A DNA stretch of 64,000 nucleotides from the human T2T-CHM13v2.0 reference genome, Homo sapiens. Below, piece by piece: positions 26,580 through 40,232 of the stretch; the first letter of the stretch is position 1, and each line of letters starts with the position of its first letter. The translations under genes were made by a program, and so were the position numbers. Below the pieces are notes generated by a model. It saw only the letters and a program-made list of their open reading frames with translations, was not told where the DNA came from and did not search any database. Where the stretch lies: the NCBI RefSeq assembly GCF_009914755.1, contig NC_060936.1; one strand, written 5' to 3'.

Positions 26580-28209
26580 CTAACTGCTTCCTGCTGAACT
26601 GGGGCATAGTAGGGGTTGTGCAGTTGAGATTTCCTCAGGAGGGGTGCCCTTGATGTCATTAACATCGGACCATGGGCTAGCAGGCTGGTCCAGGGGTCCG
26701 CGGCAGATTTTAGTCATGGACTGCATCTGAGGCTCAATTTGAAGAACCATTTGTAGCTTTACAGCTTCAATTCTGGAAGAGACAAACTTAACAAGGAGGT
26801 TAAAGTTACAGTGTCCAAAGAGGAGTGACAATATTATAGCTGCTAGAGGTCCTAAGAAGGGGAGAATCCACAGTGTTCATTGGCTGAAGAGGCCCCAGGG
26901 TCCAGTGTTTTGAAGCTCCTCTGCTCTATGTTGTATTCGATCTTGAATTTCTTTAACTTCCTCGGTGATGATTCCAGATTGATTAACATAATAACAGCAT
27001 TGTTCCCCTAAAAATAAACAGGTTCCCCCTCTTTTGGTGGTTAGCAAGTCTAAATCTCTTCGATTTTGAAGGCCTACTGCTGCTAGGGAGTTAAGTTGAT
27101 CTTGCAAGGTGACCAGGGAGTTGGCAACCCATTCCATGTCACCATTTAGTTCTTGAGATAGTTGGTAGTAGAACTGAGTAGAGGTTGTGATACCGCCAAT
27201 GCCAGTACCTAGTCCAGCTAACACTCCTGCTCCAATAACAAAAGGAAGAATGGGAACTCTTTTGTTGCGGGGCTTAGGTACAACATGATTGTATAAATCT
27301 CATTCAGTGTAGATGGTCATAGGGGGCACTAAGAATGAGAGGAAGCACATAGATACTGAAAAGCTATTCAAACAATGATAGGCTGAAGTACCACAGACAA
27401 AAAATATTCCTGAAGGTAGGCAGACTATTCGTGTGGGAGGAGTTACCCACCTGATGCATTGGGAGTTGGTTGTGTCTATAGTGTTGCTAAATTTTACACA
27501 GGTGAGGTTTGAGGTATGGATTATTTCCACATTGGAAGCAAGAGGTCCTACTAAAACGGAAGTGGTGATTATTTCTGTGCTGAAGTTGTTCCACTGTTCA
27601 GGTACAGGGGTTGAAATGTATGGCCTGAAGTGCAGGGGGAGGCACATCCAACTGGTAGTAGGGTTTTGGGCTGAGACCTCATGGAGCCCAGTGAGGGCTG
27701 TATTAAATAGACTTACCAGGCGAGTATGGGTACGGAGGTTTTCATGTAGTTTTGAGAGAATATAATCCTTTGTAGGGGCTAGGGGTGCTATGTACCCGGG
27801 CCAGTTGGGAGATTACTTCCTTTATGTGTTTTTCTCTTGCTTGATCTTGAACTCCACCCCCATCAGACATACTGGTATGGGTGAAGTAAGTCCAACAGAC
27901 AGTGGCTCCAAGACCTCCAGGACAACTAGGATTAATCATTTTCCCTGTCCAATAATGAGTATTTGCAGGCATGCAAAGAGTGGCAGAGTTATAGCAGTTG
28001 TGGGGCATATGGGTGTGGGCAGTAAAGATGGGGGTTCCCTTAGATAAAGTCCTATACGATGGAGCATCAATATTTCCGGGAAGCCACATTCTCCATAGAA
28101 ACTGTTGGTAAGGGGAGCTACTGGTCGTACAGCAACATGGAGGGGGTGCAGTGAAAGTAAAAGGGGGTAAGAGAACAGTAAAGAGAAAAATATGATAAGG
28201 GAGGGCCAT
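26580..28209 (-). pseudogene. HERV-W env (syncytin-1/MSRV-like), disrupted
   Basis: MALPYHIFLFTVLLP signal peptide, SDGGGVQD motif, furin site RNKR (27258-27269), ISD LQNRRDLDLL, CX6CC and C-terminus ...PSSAGSS*. Frameshift near 27760; premature TGA at 27300 and 26877. Confidence 0.95.
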
Positions 28210-28236
28210 GGTGATTTATGATTTTAGTTACTTTCC

Positions 28237-31200
28237 TCATGGTTGTTGCTCGAAGAGCAGGCACAGATCCTCTAGATGTTCACAGGAATAGCTAGCGTTG
28301 TCTCCTGGATTTTTCGGTTCCTTTGGCAGTATCCAGGATTTGGCTCGAGTGTGAGGTATCCAAGACTCCACTCCAGCCACTTTAACCGAGGTTGGGGTAG
28401 ATAAAATGACTGGGTAGGGTCCATCCCAGGATGTATCTAGGGATGGGGAATTAAAGGGAAGGGACTTGGCTAATAGCATGTCACCAGGGTGGAATAATTC
28501 CTTTCCCTCTTCTCGGGGACAGGCTCCTTGTAATGTTTTAAGAACTTGTTGATATTTGGCTAAGCAGGTGACGTCTGCAACTAAGTTGGCCATCTCTCGG
28601 TCGAGCACAAGGTTATTGGTTAGGAAGGCCGTCCATACAGCATTTCGTATGGGCTAAGTCCCGCTTTTTGGGGAGAGTTTTGGATTCTTAGTAAGGCTAT
28701 AGGCAACAGAGCAGGCCATGCGAGGTGGGTTTCCTGGGTTAGCTTTTTTAGATATCATTTGAGTGTTTCATCCATTTTCTTGACCTTCCCTGAGGACTGT
28801 GGCCTCCAGGCGCAGTGTAAGTGATATCGTATGCCTAATGCCTGGGATACTACCTGGGTTACTGCAGCCTTGAAAGCAGGGCCATTGTCACTCCGTAAGC
28901 CTCAGGGAAGTCCGAATCTGGGAATTATTTCATGAACTAGTGCCTTTATTACCTCTTGGAACTTTTCTGCCTTACAGGGGAAGGCCTCTGTCCAACCAGT
29001 GAAAGTATCTACCCAAACTAGTAGATACTGAAATCCCTGAGATTTGGGCATGTGGGTAAAATCTAGTTGCCAGCCTTCTCCTGGGTAATGGCCTGTTCTT
29101 TGTTCTCCTGAAGGAGCTTAGCAATAAGGCAGGGGATTATTTCTTTGGCACACTTCACAGGCCCTGACTATCTGCTTGATAGTTTTGACAAGGCCTGCTC
29201 CAGTAAATAATGATTTGGCCATCTTAATGGTGCTATCAATGCCTAAGTGAAAGGTTTGGTGAAGGATTTTAAGTAATATCCATTGGTTAGCTGTAGGCAA
29301 AAAAGTATTTTTCCTTCTTTGGTGGCTAGCCATCCTGAGGGGAGGAAACTATGTCCTCATGAGGTTCCCCATTCTATTTCTTCTTCTGAGTACTGGGGCT
29401 TGGTTTCCTGGAGGGGATTACCCCATACTAGGGGTCCTTCTATAAGCATTTCTAATGGAGGGTCCTGCCTTGCGGCTCTTTTGGCTTCAGTATCTGCTTG
29501 GCAGTTCCCTTCTATTTCCCTTTCCTTTCCTTTCTGATGACCCCGGCAGTGTAAGACTGCCACCTCTTTAGGTTTCTGTACAGCCAATAATAATCTCCTA
29601 ATGGCTTCCTGATGTTTTATAGGTGTTCCCTCGGAAGTTAGGAATTTCCTTTCTCTCCATATTGCTGCGTGGGCATGGAGGACTAGGTAAGCATACTTAC
29701 AGTCTGTATATATATTTACCCTTTTTCCTTCTCCTAATTCTAGTGCCCGAGTGAGGGCTATTAGTTCTGCCAGCACTGAGCACTAGTTCCTGGAGTGAGG
29801 GGATTACTTTCAAGTATTCCATTATCACTGACCACTGCATACCCTGCTTTTTGAAGTCCTTTTTCTACAAAAGGAACTTCCACCACTATACAAGTTGAGG
29901 TTGGGATCAGTCAAGGGAACCTCTAAAAGGTCCCCTCGAGCAGCACAGGTTTGAGCAATTACTTGTTGACAGTTATGTTCTATCTTTTCTTCATTGTCTG
30001 GAAGACATGTGGCTCAGTTAAGAGTTGCACAAGTGCACAGTCGCAGCACTGGCCCTTCAAGTAACAGAGCCTGATATTTAAGTAAATCGTTGTCTGACAG
30101 CCACAAGTCTCCTTTAGCAGTGAGTATGCCGTTCATATCATGAGATGTCCACACAGTAAGATCTCTTCCCTGTATCATTTTAACTGCTTCAGATACTAAG
30201 ACTGCTGCTGCCGTCACTACCCATAAACAATGAGGACAACCTTTGCCACTACATCAATTTCCTTACTCAGGTATGCCACGGGTTGCAAGCTCATCCCTCG
30301 GACCTGTGTAAGGACTCCTAGAGCTATTCCTGTTTTTCTGTGACATATAAAGAAAATTCTTGCCCCATTGGCAAGCTTAACACTGGGACTTGGGTTAGGG
30401 CCTTCTTTAGGGCCTGGAAAGCCACTTCTGCTTCAGGTGTCCATCTTACTAAATAGGTATTGGCTTTCTGAGTTTCCTTAATTAGTGTATATATTGGTCT
30501 GGCTATTTTGCCATGCCTGGACATCCATATTTGGCAGAAACCTGTTATGCCAAGGAACCCTGTTAGTTGCTTTAGGGTTTTGGGATGAGGATAAGCCAGT
30601 ATAGGCTAGATACATTCCTCACTGAGGGCTCTGTTGCCTTTGGATAATTTTAGCCCTAAGTATTTAACCTGCTGTGAGCAGAGCTGAGACTTTGTTTTGG
30701 AAACCATGTAGCCATTGGTAGCAAGAAAATTTAAGAGCTCTTGGGTGGCTTGATGGCACACGGTTTCTGAACGGGTGGCTAAAAGTAAATCATCCATGTA
30801 CTGAAGGACAAGGGTGTCCAGGTATGAGAATTGGCTCAAGTCTTGGGCTAATGCCTGGCCAAATAGATGGGGGCTATCCCTGAACTCTTGGGGTAAAACA
30901 GTCCAGGGGAGTTGAGACGTTAGGTTCGAAGGATCTCTAAAGGCAAACAAGAATTGAGAGTCAGGATGTACAGGGATGCAGAAAAAGGCATCCTTAGGGT
31001 CCAGGACTGTAAACCACTCTGCTTCCTCTGGTATTTGGGAAAGCAGAGTATAAGGGTTAGGTACAGCTGGGTCTAGAGGAACAACAACCTCACTGAAAAT
31101 CCTGAGATTTTGCACTAACCTTCACTGTCCATTGGGTTTCTGTACTCCTAAAATTGGAGTATTGCAGGGGCTACTGCATGGTTTTACTAGGCCTTGGGCT

Positions 31201-31736
31201 TTTAGGTACTTAACAATCTTCTGGAGTCTTTGTTTGGCCTTGGGTCTGAGGGGGTACTGCCTTTGGTAGGGAAAGGAGGCAGAATCCTTTAGTTTAACTT
31301 GAACGGGATGGGCATTCTTTGCTCATCCATATTGTCCTTCTGTTGTCCAGACTTCAGGATTAATTCCTTCCTCAAGCAGAGGACAACAAACGGGTGTTCC
31401 TTCTCCTATGTTCAGGTGTATAATGGCCCCCACTTTTGCTTGAATGTCTCTCCCTAACAAGGGAGTGAGGCTCTCAGGCATAATTAGAAAAGCACATGAA
31501 AAGAGTAAAGTTCCCCAGTCACATCTTAGTGGCTGGGAGAAGTATCTAGTGACTGGCTGTCCTAAGACCCCTTGGATGGTGACAGATGTGAAGGACAGTT
31601 GTCCAGGACAGGAGAGTAAGACTGAGAAGGCCGCGCCAGTGTCCAGGAGACAGTTAACCTCCTGGCCCTCAATGGTTAGGCATACCCGGGGTTCTGTGAG
31701 GGTGATGGCATGGGCTGGCGCTTGCCCTGGGCACCC
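28237..31736 (-). pseudogene. HERV-W pro-pol (protease, RT, RNase H, integrase), disrupted
   Basis: Protease LLDTGAAFS ~31622-31651. RT VLDPKDAFF, LPQEF and YMDD (30789-30800). RNase H AELIALTRAL/NIYTDCKYA. Integrase HHCC region (HQTFH...CEVC) and C-terminal GPYPV. Many stops and frameshifts. Confidence 0.92.
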
Positions 31737-33202
31737 TCAGTCCTGCTGCTGGATCATCTGGTTAGTGGCTTCTGACTCAGAGGACCTTCATCCCCTGGGG
31801 CAGTGGACCTTCCAGTGATTCCCTTGACATAAGGGGCATGGACGACCAGGCGGCTTATTTCTACTTGGACAATCTTTTTTAAAGTGTCCTTGTAGACCAC
31901 ACTGGAAGCAAGCCCTATTAGGCATTCGATTTGCCCAGCTTTTCCCTTTTGCAGAGGTTCCAAAGTCCACTTGCCTGAGAGCCATGACTAAAGCTGTGGC
32001 CTTTTCTTTTTTTTTTATCCCATTTGTCCCATTCCGTCTGCTCCTCCTGATCTCTATTATAAAAAACCGAGGTTGCCAAGTTCAATAGGGTTTCTAAGTT
32101 TTGCTCTGGGCCTAAGGTGGACTTTTGAAGTTTTTTTCTAATATCTGCAGCTGACTGAGTGATAAACGTATCCTTTAAAATTAGTTGGCCTTCAATAGAG
32201 TCAAGTGACAGGGAGGTATGCTTCCTCAATGCCTCCCTTAGTCTCTCCAGAAAGGCAGTAGGATTTTCTTCCTTTCCCTGTGTTATAGTGGACATCATTG
32301 AATAATTCATAGGCTTCTTTCTAGTTTTCCTTAGTCCTTCTAGCATGCAAGTTAGCAAATGTCTGCAGCACCAATCTCCATGTTCTGATTCTGTGTCCCA
32401 ATGAGAGCCTACACTGGGAACTGCCTGCTGGCCTGTGAGGAATTTTTCTCTTTTCTCTGCTGCAATCCTATCATTGACCTGACTGAGATACCAGAGATCG
32501 CCAAACTCTCGGGCTGCAGTTATGGTGGCACTTCTCTCATTTGGGGTTAGTGTCTGATTTAGCGGTAACATTATATTTCTCCATGTCAGATCAAAGGATT
32601 GTCCTAACCCTTGTAAAACATCAATATAGCCATCAGGGTTATCTGAGAATTTATCTAGGTCTATTTTAATTTGCTTTAAGTCTGAGAGAGAAAAAGGTAC
32701 ATGAACTCTGGCTGGGCCGAATTCTCCTCCTCCCACTGCTTGGAGGGGGCATAATCGGGGATACTGGCATTCTTTGGTTCATTGTTTACCCCTTTGTCTA
32801 TCTCCTTTTGGACAGTTTGGGTTGAAGGGGGGTCCTTATTAGTTGGGGAGGGAGTCGGGGGGAAGCTGGGGTAGGGAGGTAGACTCTGAGGGCTTCCTGT
32901 AGGGCATAAATCACACTTTTTACATAATTGCGAGTTGCCTCTTAATGAAAAGAAAGTTTGTACGTATGGCACTTCACTCCATTTGCCTTCTTTTCTACAA
33001 AAGAGGTCTAGTTGTAAGATAGTGTTATAATTTATACTTCCCTCAGGAGGCCAGGTTTCTCCACCTTGAAGAGGATATCGTGGCCAGGCAGTACTGCAGA
33101 AGAATATAAGTCATTTCTTTCCTAGCGTCTGAGTGTCAAATTGGTCCCAATTCTCCAGAATACATCTTAGGGGCGTTTTTGCCTTGGGGGAACAGTTCCC
33201 AT
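31737..33202 (-). pseudogene. HERV-W gag (frameshifted)
   Basis: ATG at 33202. ORF pieces 32676-32972, 31918-32736 (capsid, MHR QGKEENPTAFLERL) and 31788-31985 (zinc knuckle CFQCGLQGHFKKDC). Stop in CAGCAGCAGGACTGA. Confidence 0.9.
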
Positions 33203-34294
33203 TTGAAAAAAGAACATAGGGATGCCGGCACCCCTAGTCATTTTCCGATGACCGTTAGTCCTAGAGCGTCCTCTATGGTCCTAACGCTTATTCCTTTCCA
33301 GGGTGTGTAACCACCCATGGACCTCTGCTTATTGGATTAGTTATGCTCACCAATGTAGCAGTCCTGCACCCCTTTTCCCGCCTTTCTTGACCACAAAGAA
33401 AGGGGTCCAGGCTGCTGGATTCTAGCAGCATGCCCAACATTGCCTTTGTGCTCAGGGGTGAGTCCTAGAGCTGGGCTGGGTTCCTGAGTATTTCATAACA
33501 ACCCAGCTGCCCCATCAAGATGCATTCTCATAAACAACAGTTCTTATGCAAATTCATTTAGAGAGGGTGTAGGTAAGCTTTTGAGTCAGGATATTGATAG
33601 TCTTTTTTGATTCTGTAAGTACTTTAAGGCTTGTCTGGGAGCAAACAGCTCGCACTTTTGAGGAGACCAATTATTAGGCAATTTTTCTAACTCTGCTTCC
33701 AAAAGAGTCTCCCTATCAATTACTGAATACCCATTGTGGTTTTTCCCTCAATCACCTGGGAGGAAACTTCTATCATCCTGTCCTGAAGGGAGTTCCTCCT
33801 AGGTCTGGCCGGACCTTTGTATGGTAATTAAGATTTAAATCCCCTGTTAGGAAATCTGCTGGGTTAAGGGAATTATCAGCCGTTGGTGTTAAATTACCTT
33901 TTTCTAACAGAATAGACCCATACTTTACGATTTTTTAGTTAGTAAGCTACCTTTTTGCTTTTTTGACTTAGAATAATTCTGAACTGGTGAGGTGTGCTCA
34001 CAATGAGGTTTCCTTTAAAAGTTACTTTTCTACTTTCTTCTGTTAGCAAAGCAGTTGCCGCTACAGATTGAATGCATCCACGGGTTACTGGGTTAAGGAT
34101 TTTTGATAGGAAAGCTACGGGTTGTCAGTGGTCTCAGTGTTTTCAGGCTATGCCCTTGTTTACACTGACAACAAGGTAGTATTGGAGTGTTATAGGGAAG
34201 ACCTTCAATTATCAATTATAGGTTTTAAATTTACCCTGGCTTTTAAAGGAATAGGGCATACTGTTGTTGTTGTTGTTTTGTTTTGTTTTACTAT

Positions 34295-34405
34295 TTCTAT
34301 CTTTCTCTTTTTCTCTTTGACTCTTTCTCTCTCTCTCCTCCGTCTCTCTCTCTCTCTCTCTCCCCTCCATCTCTCTCTTCACTCCTCCGTCCCTCTCTCC
34401 TCCTC
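34295..34405. repeat. (TC)n/(AG)n-rich tract in the HERV-W pre-gag leader
   Basis: Long pyrimidine-rich tract on the + strand; AG-rich leader typical of HERV-W. Confidence 0.8.
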
Positions 34406-35087
34406 TTAGCCATTACAAACTTGGGTCCCTGGCAAGGGTGGTGGGGAAAGGGTCCCACATAACTGCCCATGTCGAGAACTGTATACCTAAATCGGGAGGG
34501 ACACCAGGGATAAGACTTCCTGGGTTTATAGCCTAGATGCCTAAGGACACAGCATAGAGCTTCCTTAGATCCCTTTGGAGATACAACTTGCTAGAGGAAA
34601 TGCAAGTCTGAACCATTGGTACCTAGGAGGCAGGGATCAGAGGAAGTAGATTCAGAGGTAACGAGAATTTTGGGGCTACACTTTCAAGAAAGTCGTGGTT
34701 GGGACCCAGGAGGTATGGGTCAGAAGAAAAGGTACGGGGGCATGCATGGGTGACTGTTGAACAGAGACTTCTGGCTGTGCCATGATCTCAATCGGCTAAT
34801 GCTGGGAGTTTGGAATGACAGCTTTCTGTCTCTAGTCAGCCCTCGGCTTCCCCAAGAAAATTGAAAGCAGAAGCTGGTTCTAGGCAGATGAATGCTCCCA
34901 ACCCAGAAGGGTTGGGTGTTGTTAGAAAGTCCTTCCCCAGACAGCCTCACACCTGAGTCTTAAGTCTGACAGCCATGCTAATCGTTTTTAACTGGCCGAC
35001 AGGTGCCCAGTATTTTCCGCCAATTCTAAGGAAAGACAGGACAGAATAGCAAGCGAAAGTGGTCCAATATTACTCACTGCTTTGGAG

Positions 35088-35105
35088 GTCCCTTCGTGGT
35101 CACCA
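35088..35105 (-). promoter_or_regulatory. HERV-W primer binding site (tRNA-Arg(TCG)-like)
   Basis: TGGTGACCACGAAGGGAC, 2 nt after the LTR end; major splice donor AAAGCA|GTGAGT follows at 35077. Confidence 0.8.
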
Positions 35106-35107
35106 AA

Positions 35108-36635
35108 TGTTAGTGGTGGGTCCTTTCTCCCAGAGCTCCCAAGATGGTGGTGGGCTGCTTCCAAAATGGCAGCAGGCCACTTCCAAGATGGTGGCAAGCC
35201 TTGTGTTCTCTGACCTGGGGTTTTCGCCTCACGGATTCCAAGGAATGGAATCTTGGGCCATGTGGTGAGTGTTATAGCTCTATTAGAAGCCGTGGGTCAT
35301 GGAAGAGAACCGTGGAACCCAGTGACTAGTGTTCAGCTCAATTAGGATGCACCCAGGCTAAAGGGCACTTAGCCGTGCAGGAACAATGGTGAGCCTTTAG
35401 CCCGATCGGAAATGGCAATGGGCACCTGGCTGGATCAGGAGCACAGTGGACACCCTGCCAGATCCAGAGGGATGGAAGTCAGCAGTGGGTCTGTGATGGT
35501 GGAAAACAGCAGTGATGGACGGAGAGCGAAAGCTCAGCTTGAGCCATAAGAAACACAGATCAGAAGAGAGTGCAGTTGCAAGATTTAACAGAGTGAAAAC
35601 AGAGCTCCCATACAAAGGGAGGGGACCTATCAGGGGAACCCGCCCCCAGTTAGAACTACTGATAAGGGTCTATGTTCAGCAGTGCACGTATTGTCTTGAT
35701 AAACATATTAAACAACAGAAAACAGGGTTCAAGAGCAGAGAACCAGTCTGACCACAAATTACCAGGACAGGGTTTTTCCCCACCCTAGTAAGCCTGAGGG
35801 TACTGCAGGAGACCAGGGCGTATCTCAGTCCTTATCTCAACTGCATAAGACAGACATTCCCAGAGCAGCCGTTTATAGACCTCCCCCCCAGGAATGCATT
35901 CGTTTCCCAGGGTATTAATATTAATATTCCTTGCTAGGAAAATAATTTAGCAATGTCTTCCCTACTTGCACGTCCATTTATAGGCTCTCTACAAGAAGAA
36001 AAATATGGCTATTTTTGCCCAACCCCACAGGCAATCAGACCCTATGGTTGTCTTCCCTTGTTCCCTAAAAATTGCTGCCACTCTGTTCTTTTTCAAGGTG
36101 CACTGATTTCATATTGTTCAAACACACATGTTCTACAATCAATTTGTACAGTTAACACAATTATCACAGTGGTCCTGAGGTGACCTACATCCTCAGCTTA
36201 CGAAGATAATAGGATTAAGAGATTACAGGCATAAGAAATTATAAAAGTATTATTTGGGAACTAATAAATGTCCATATTTAAATGAAATCTTCACAATTTA
36301 TGTTCCTCTGCCTTGGCTTCAGCCGGTCCCTCTGTTCAGGGTCCCTGACTTCCCACAACAGTAACCCAAAGAGGGTAGTCATTGCCGGCTTGAATGCCTG
36401 GGTTTATATCCCGATCATTGTCCCTCCCGCTGTGCTGTCAGGCAACAGAAAATTGGCTATTTCTTTACCTCCTGTTTTTGCCTAATTAGCTTTTTAGTGA
36501 GCTCTCTTTACTACGTGATTGGTCGGGTGTGAGTTAAGTTGCAAGCCCCCTGTTTAAAGGTGGATGTGATCACCTTCCCAGCTAGGCCTAGGGATTCTTA
36601 GTTGGCCTAGAAAATCCAGCTAGTCCTGTCTCTCA
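35108..36635 (-). mobile_element. HERV-W 5' LTR (LTR17), split by a MER11 insertion
   Basis: 36361-36635 and 35108-35627 align with the 3' LTR (roughly 8% divergent by hand count over ~270 bp); TG...CA termini. Confidence 0.93.
35628..36360 (-). mobile_element. MER11 (HML-8/HERVK11) solo LTR, internally shortened, nested in the HERV-W 5' LTR
   Basis: Minus strand starts TGTTGTGGGAAGTCAGGGACCC and ends GGGGCGGGTTCCCCTGATA, like the MER11 termini as recalled. Absent from the 3' LTR. Degenerate 6-bp TSD gggacc/gtaacc. Confidence 0.85.
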
Positions 36636-37690
<1,055 letters not shown>

Positions 37691-38034
37691 TAAAAAATTT
37701 AGCTTGGCATGATGGTATATGTGCCCATAGTCTTATCTACTCAGGAGAGACTAGGGCAGTAGAATTGCTTGAGCCTGGGAGATTGAGGCTGCAGTGAGCT
37801 ATGATTGTGCTTTCCCATAAAAGCCTTTGCATTTAACTGTAAAAATGGCAACCCTCTTCCAGGTCCCCTCTCCACAGCACAGAGCTTTCTTCTTTCTCTT
37901 ATTAAACTTTTGCTCCAACCTCACCCTTGGTGTCTGCACTCCTTAACTTTCTTGGTGGTGAGACAAAGGACTCTAGGTACTACCTCAGGGACATTGTGAT
38001 GCACCGGCAAGACTGTAACATTTTGGTTCCTTGA

Positions 38035-38280
<246 letters not shown>

Positions 38281-40124
38281 TAGCCACAATGGTCTCAATC
38301 TCCTGACCTCATGATCCGCCCACCTCAGCCTCCCAAAGTGCTAGGATTACAGGCGTGAGCCACCATGCCCTGCCACCTCCAAACTCTTTACTTTCATTTC
38401 TGAAGCTGCTTCTCAGTTTTTTTTTTTTTTTTTTTTTTTTTTTCCCCCTGAAGACCAAACAAGACACTGGGCCCCTGCCAGCCAGTTAAAAGATTTTAGA
38501 GTGGCTGTCAGCCTTACAAGACTCAGGGGACAGGTTTGCTGGAGAGTCAATCCTGCATTGCCATCAGGTGGTGGGAATGTTGGCTCTGTTCTAATCTAGT
38601 TTCCTTTCACAGAGGACCTAGCCATCGCATGGGGCTAGAAGGAGGTCCTGGGGCAACTGAGGGTTTCTGGCTGAGGCTACTCCTTGGTGTTACCTGAAGA
38701 GCCCCTAGAATAACTTCAGCTTCTGAGAGCCCATCAATGGTGTCCACACCAGGACTTCCAGACTTTTCTATAGCATTTTCTTCCTTTCTTTTTCGTGGCT
38801 ATCATGTCTCCTATCCTTTCTTTGTATGCTATGTTAAGGGAGTTTTTTTACAGCCTAGGCAGATAATCTTCTTGGGTAAAGTTAGTGAGTGCCTTAGTAA
38901 CCAGGAATGTAACTTTAAAAATTGCTGCTTCTCTGATTTCCTTGAGATGGGGGGATTTCAAGATTTCAGTCTAAACTTTCACCTAGTGAGGGCCTTTTTG
39001 ACCCCCAGTGATAGGCATTCATAGCACTATATGGGAGGATATTCCACCCTAAGTAAACACCCTCCTCTCCATTTGGGTTTTCTAAGAGCTCAGCATTGAC
39101 AAACGAATTTTCTTCTGCTGGGTGGCATACTATGGGGGTAGCCTATTAAGACCCAGACCTCTCTTTCTAACCTCTGCCTAAAAAGAATTTGGAGTCAGAG
39201 TTTTTACCTAACATTTCAAACCCTACAGCACCACCAAATGGGATGGGATTTTTCATGGGGAGTCTTGTCAGTTCTTTGCCCAAAATCTCTAGTTCCCCAA
39301 TTCCTTTCATTGTTATATCCCTCTCTCAGTGCTCAGGCCCCATGCCCTATTTGTAGATAGTAAAACTCCCCTTTCAACATGTGGGAGGAAGCCACCCTGG
39401 TGAGACAGATTTTAGCCTCAGTGCTATCCCCATCAGATATTCTTACATTCTTTTGAGGCATCTGTTCTGCATCCAGCTATGTTGGCATCCAAGAAAGGAA
39501 GGGATCTTATGTTTAAAAGTCAATTGGTCCCATTCTCTAGGAATTCATTACTTTGCCTGGGCAGTAATAAGGAGATATAAGGGTAGGGTTAAACCACTCA
39601 CTCCATTAAAGGGTCTTGCCCAAATTCAACTACTGCATAATCTCTCCCGGGCCCCTAGGGTACTTCTGGAAGCCTTATAGGCCAAGTGGGTCTAAGAAAC
39701 CAGCAGGGTGGAGAGCTAGGGCCTCACTCAGATAAACATGACTCTTCCTGCTGACTAGCTTCTCCAGATCCATTGGTGAAGGTCATGCTTGCATCCATGG
39801 GTGGCACCTGTGATGTTCGCTGGGACCCAGAGGAGATGGGAGGAAAGAGAAGGGGGATACCCCTTCTATCTTTCTCTCCACACTGGGTCGCTCTGAAAGG
39901 AGGAGGGAGACTAAGGGACACATTCTCCCCTCTCTTTCCAGATGGGTAACAACCCATCTTTAGCCTGCACTTCCCTTGAGTACAGCCTGGATCAGTGGAA
40001 TTTCTCTGACCCTCAGACTCTAAAAATAGTGCCTCATATTCTTTTGTACTTGGGCATGGCCATCTCACCAAGTGCAGAACTTGGGGAGGCCTGGTCTCTT
40101 CAGGAAAGTGCCTTTTTTTTTTGA

Positions 40125-40232
<108 letters not shown>

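Noticed and set aside
26580-28209. Functional syncytin-1 (ERVW-1) gene
   Set aside because: Frameshifts, two premature stops and loss of the CXXC motif; flanking genes are not those of the ERVW-1 locus.
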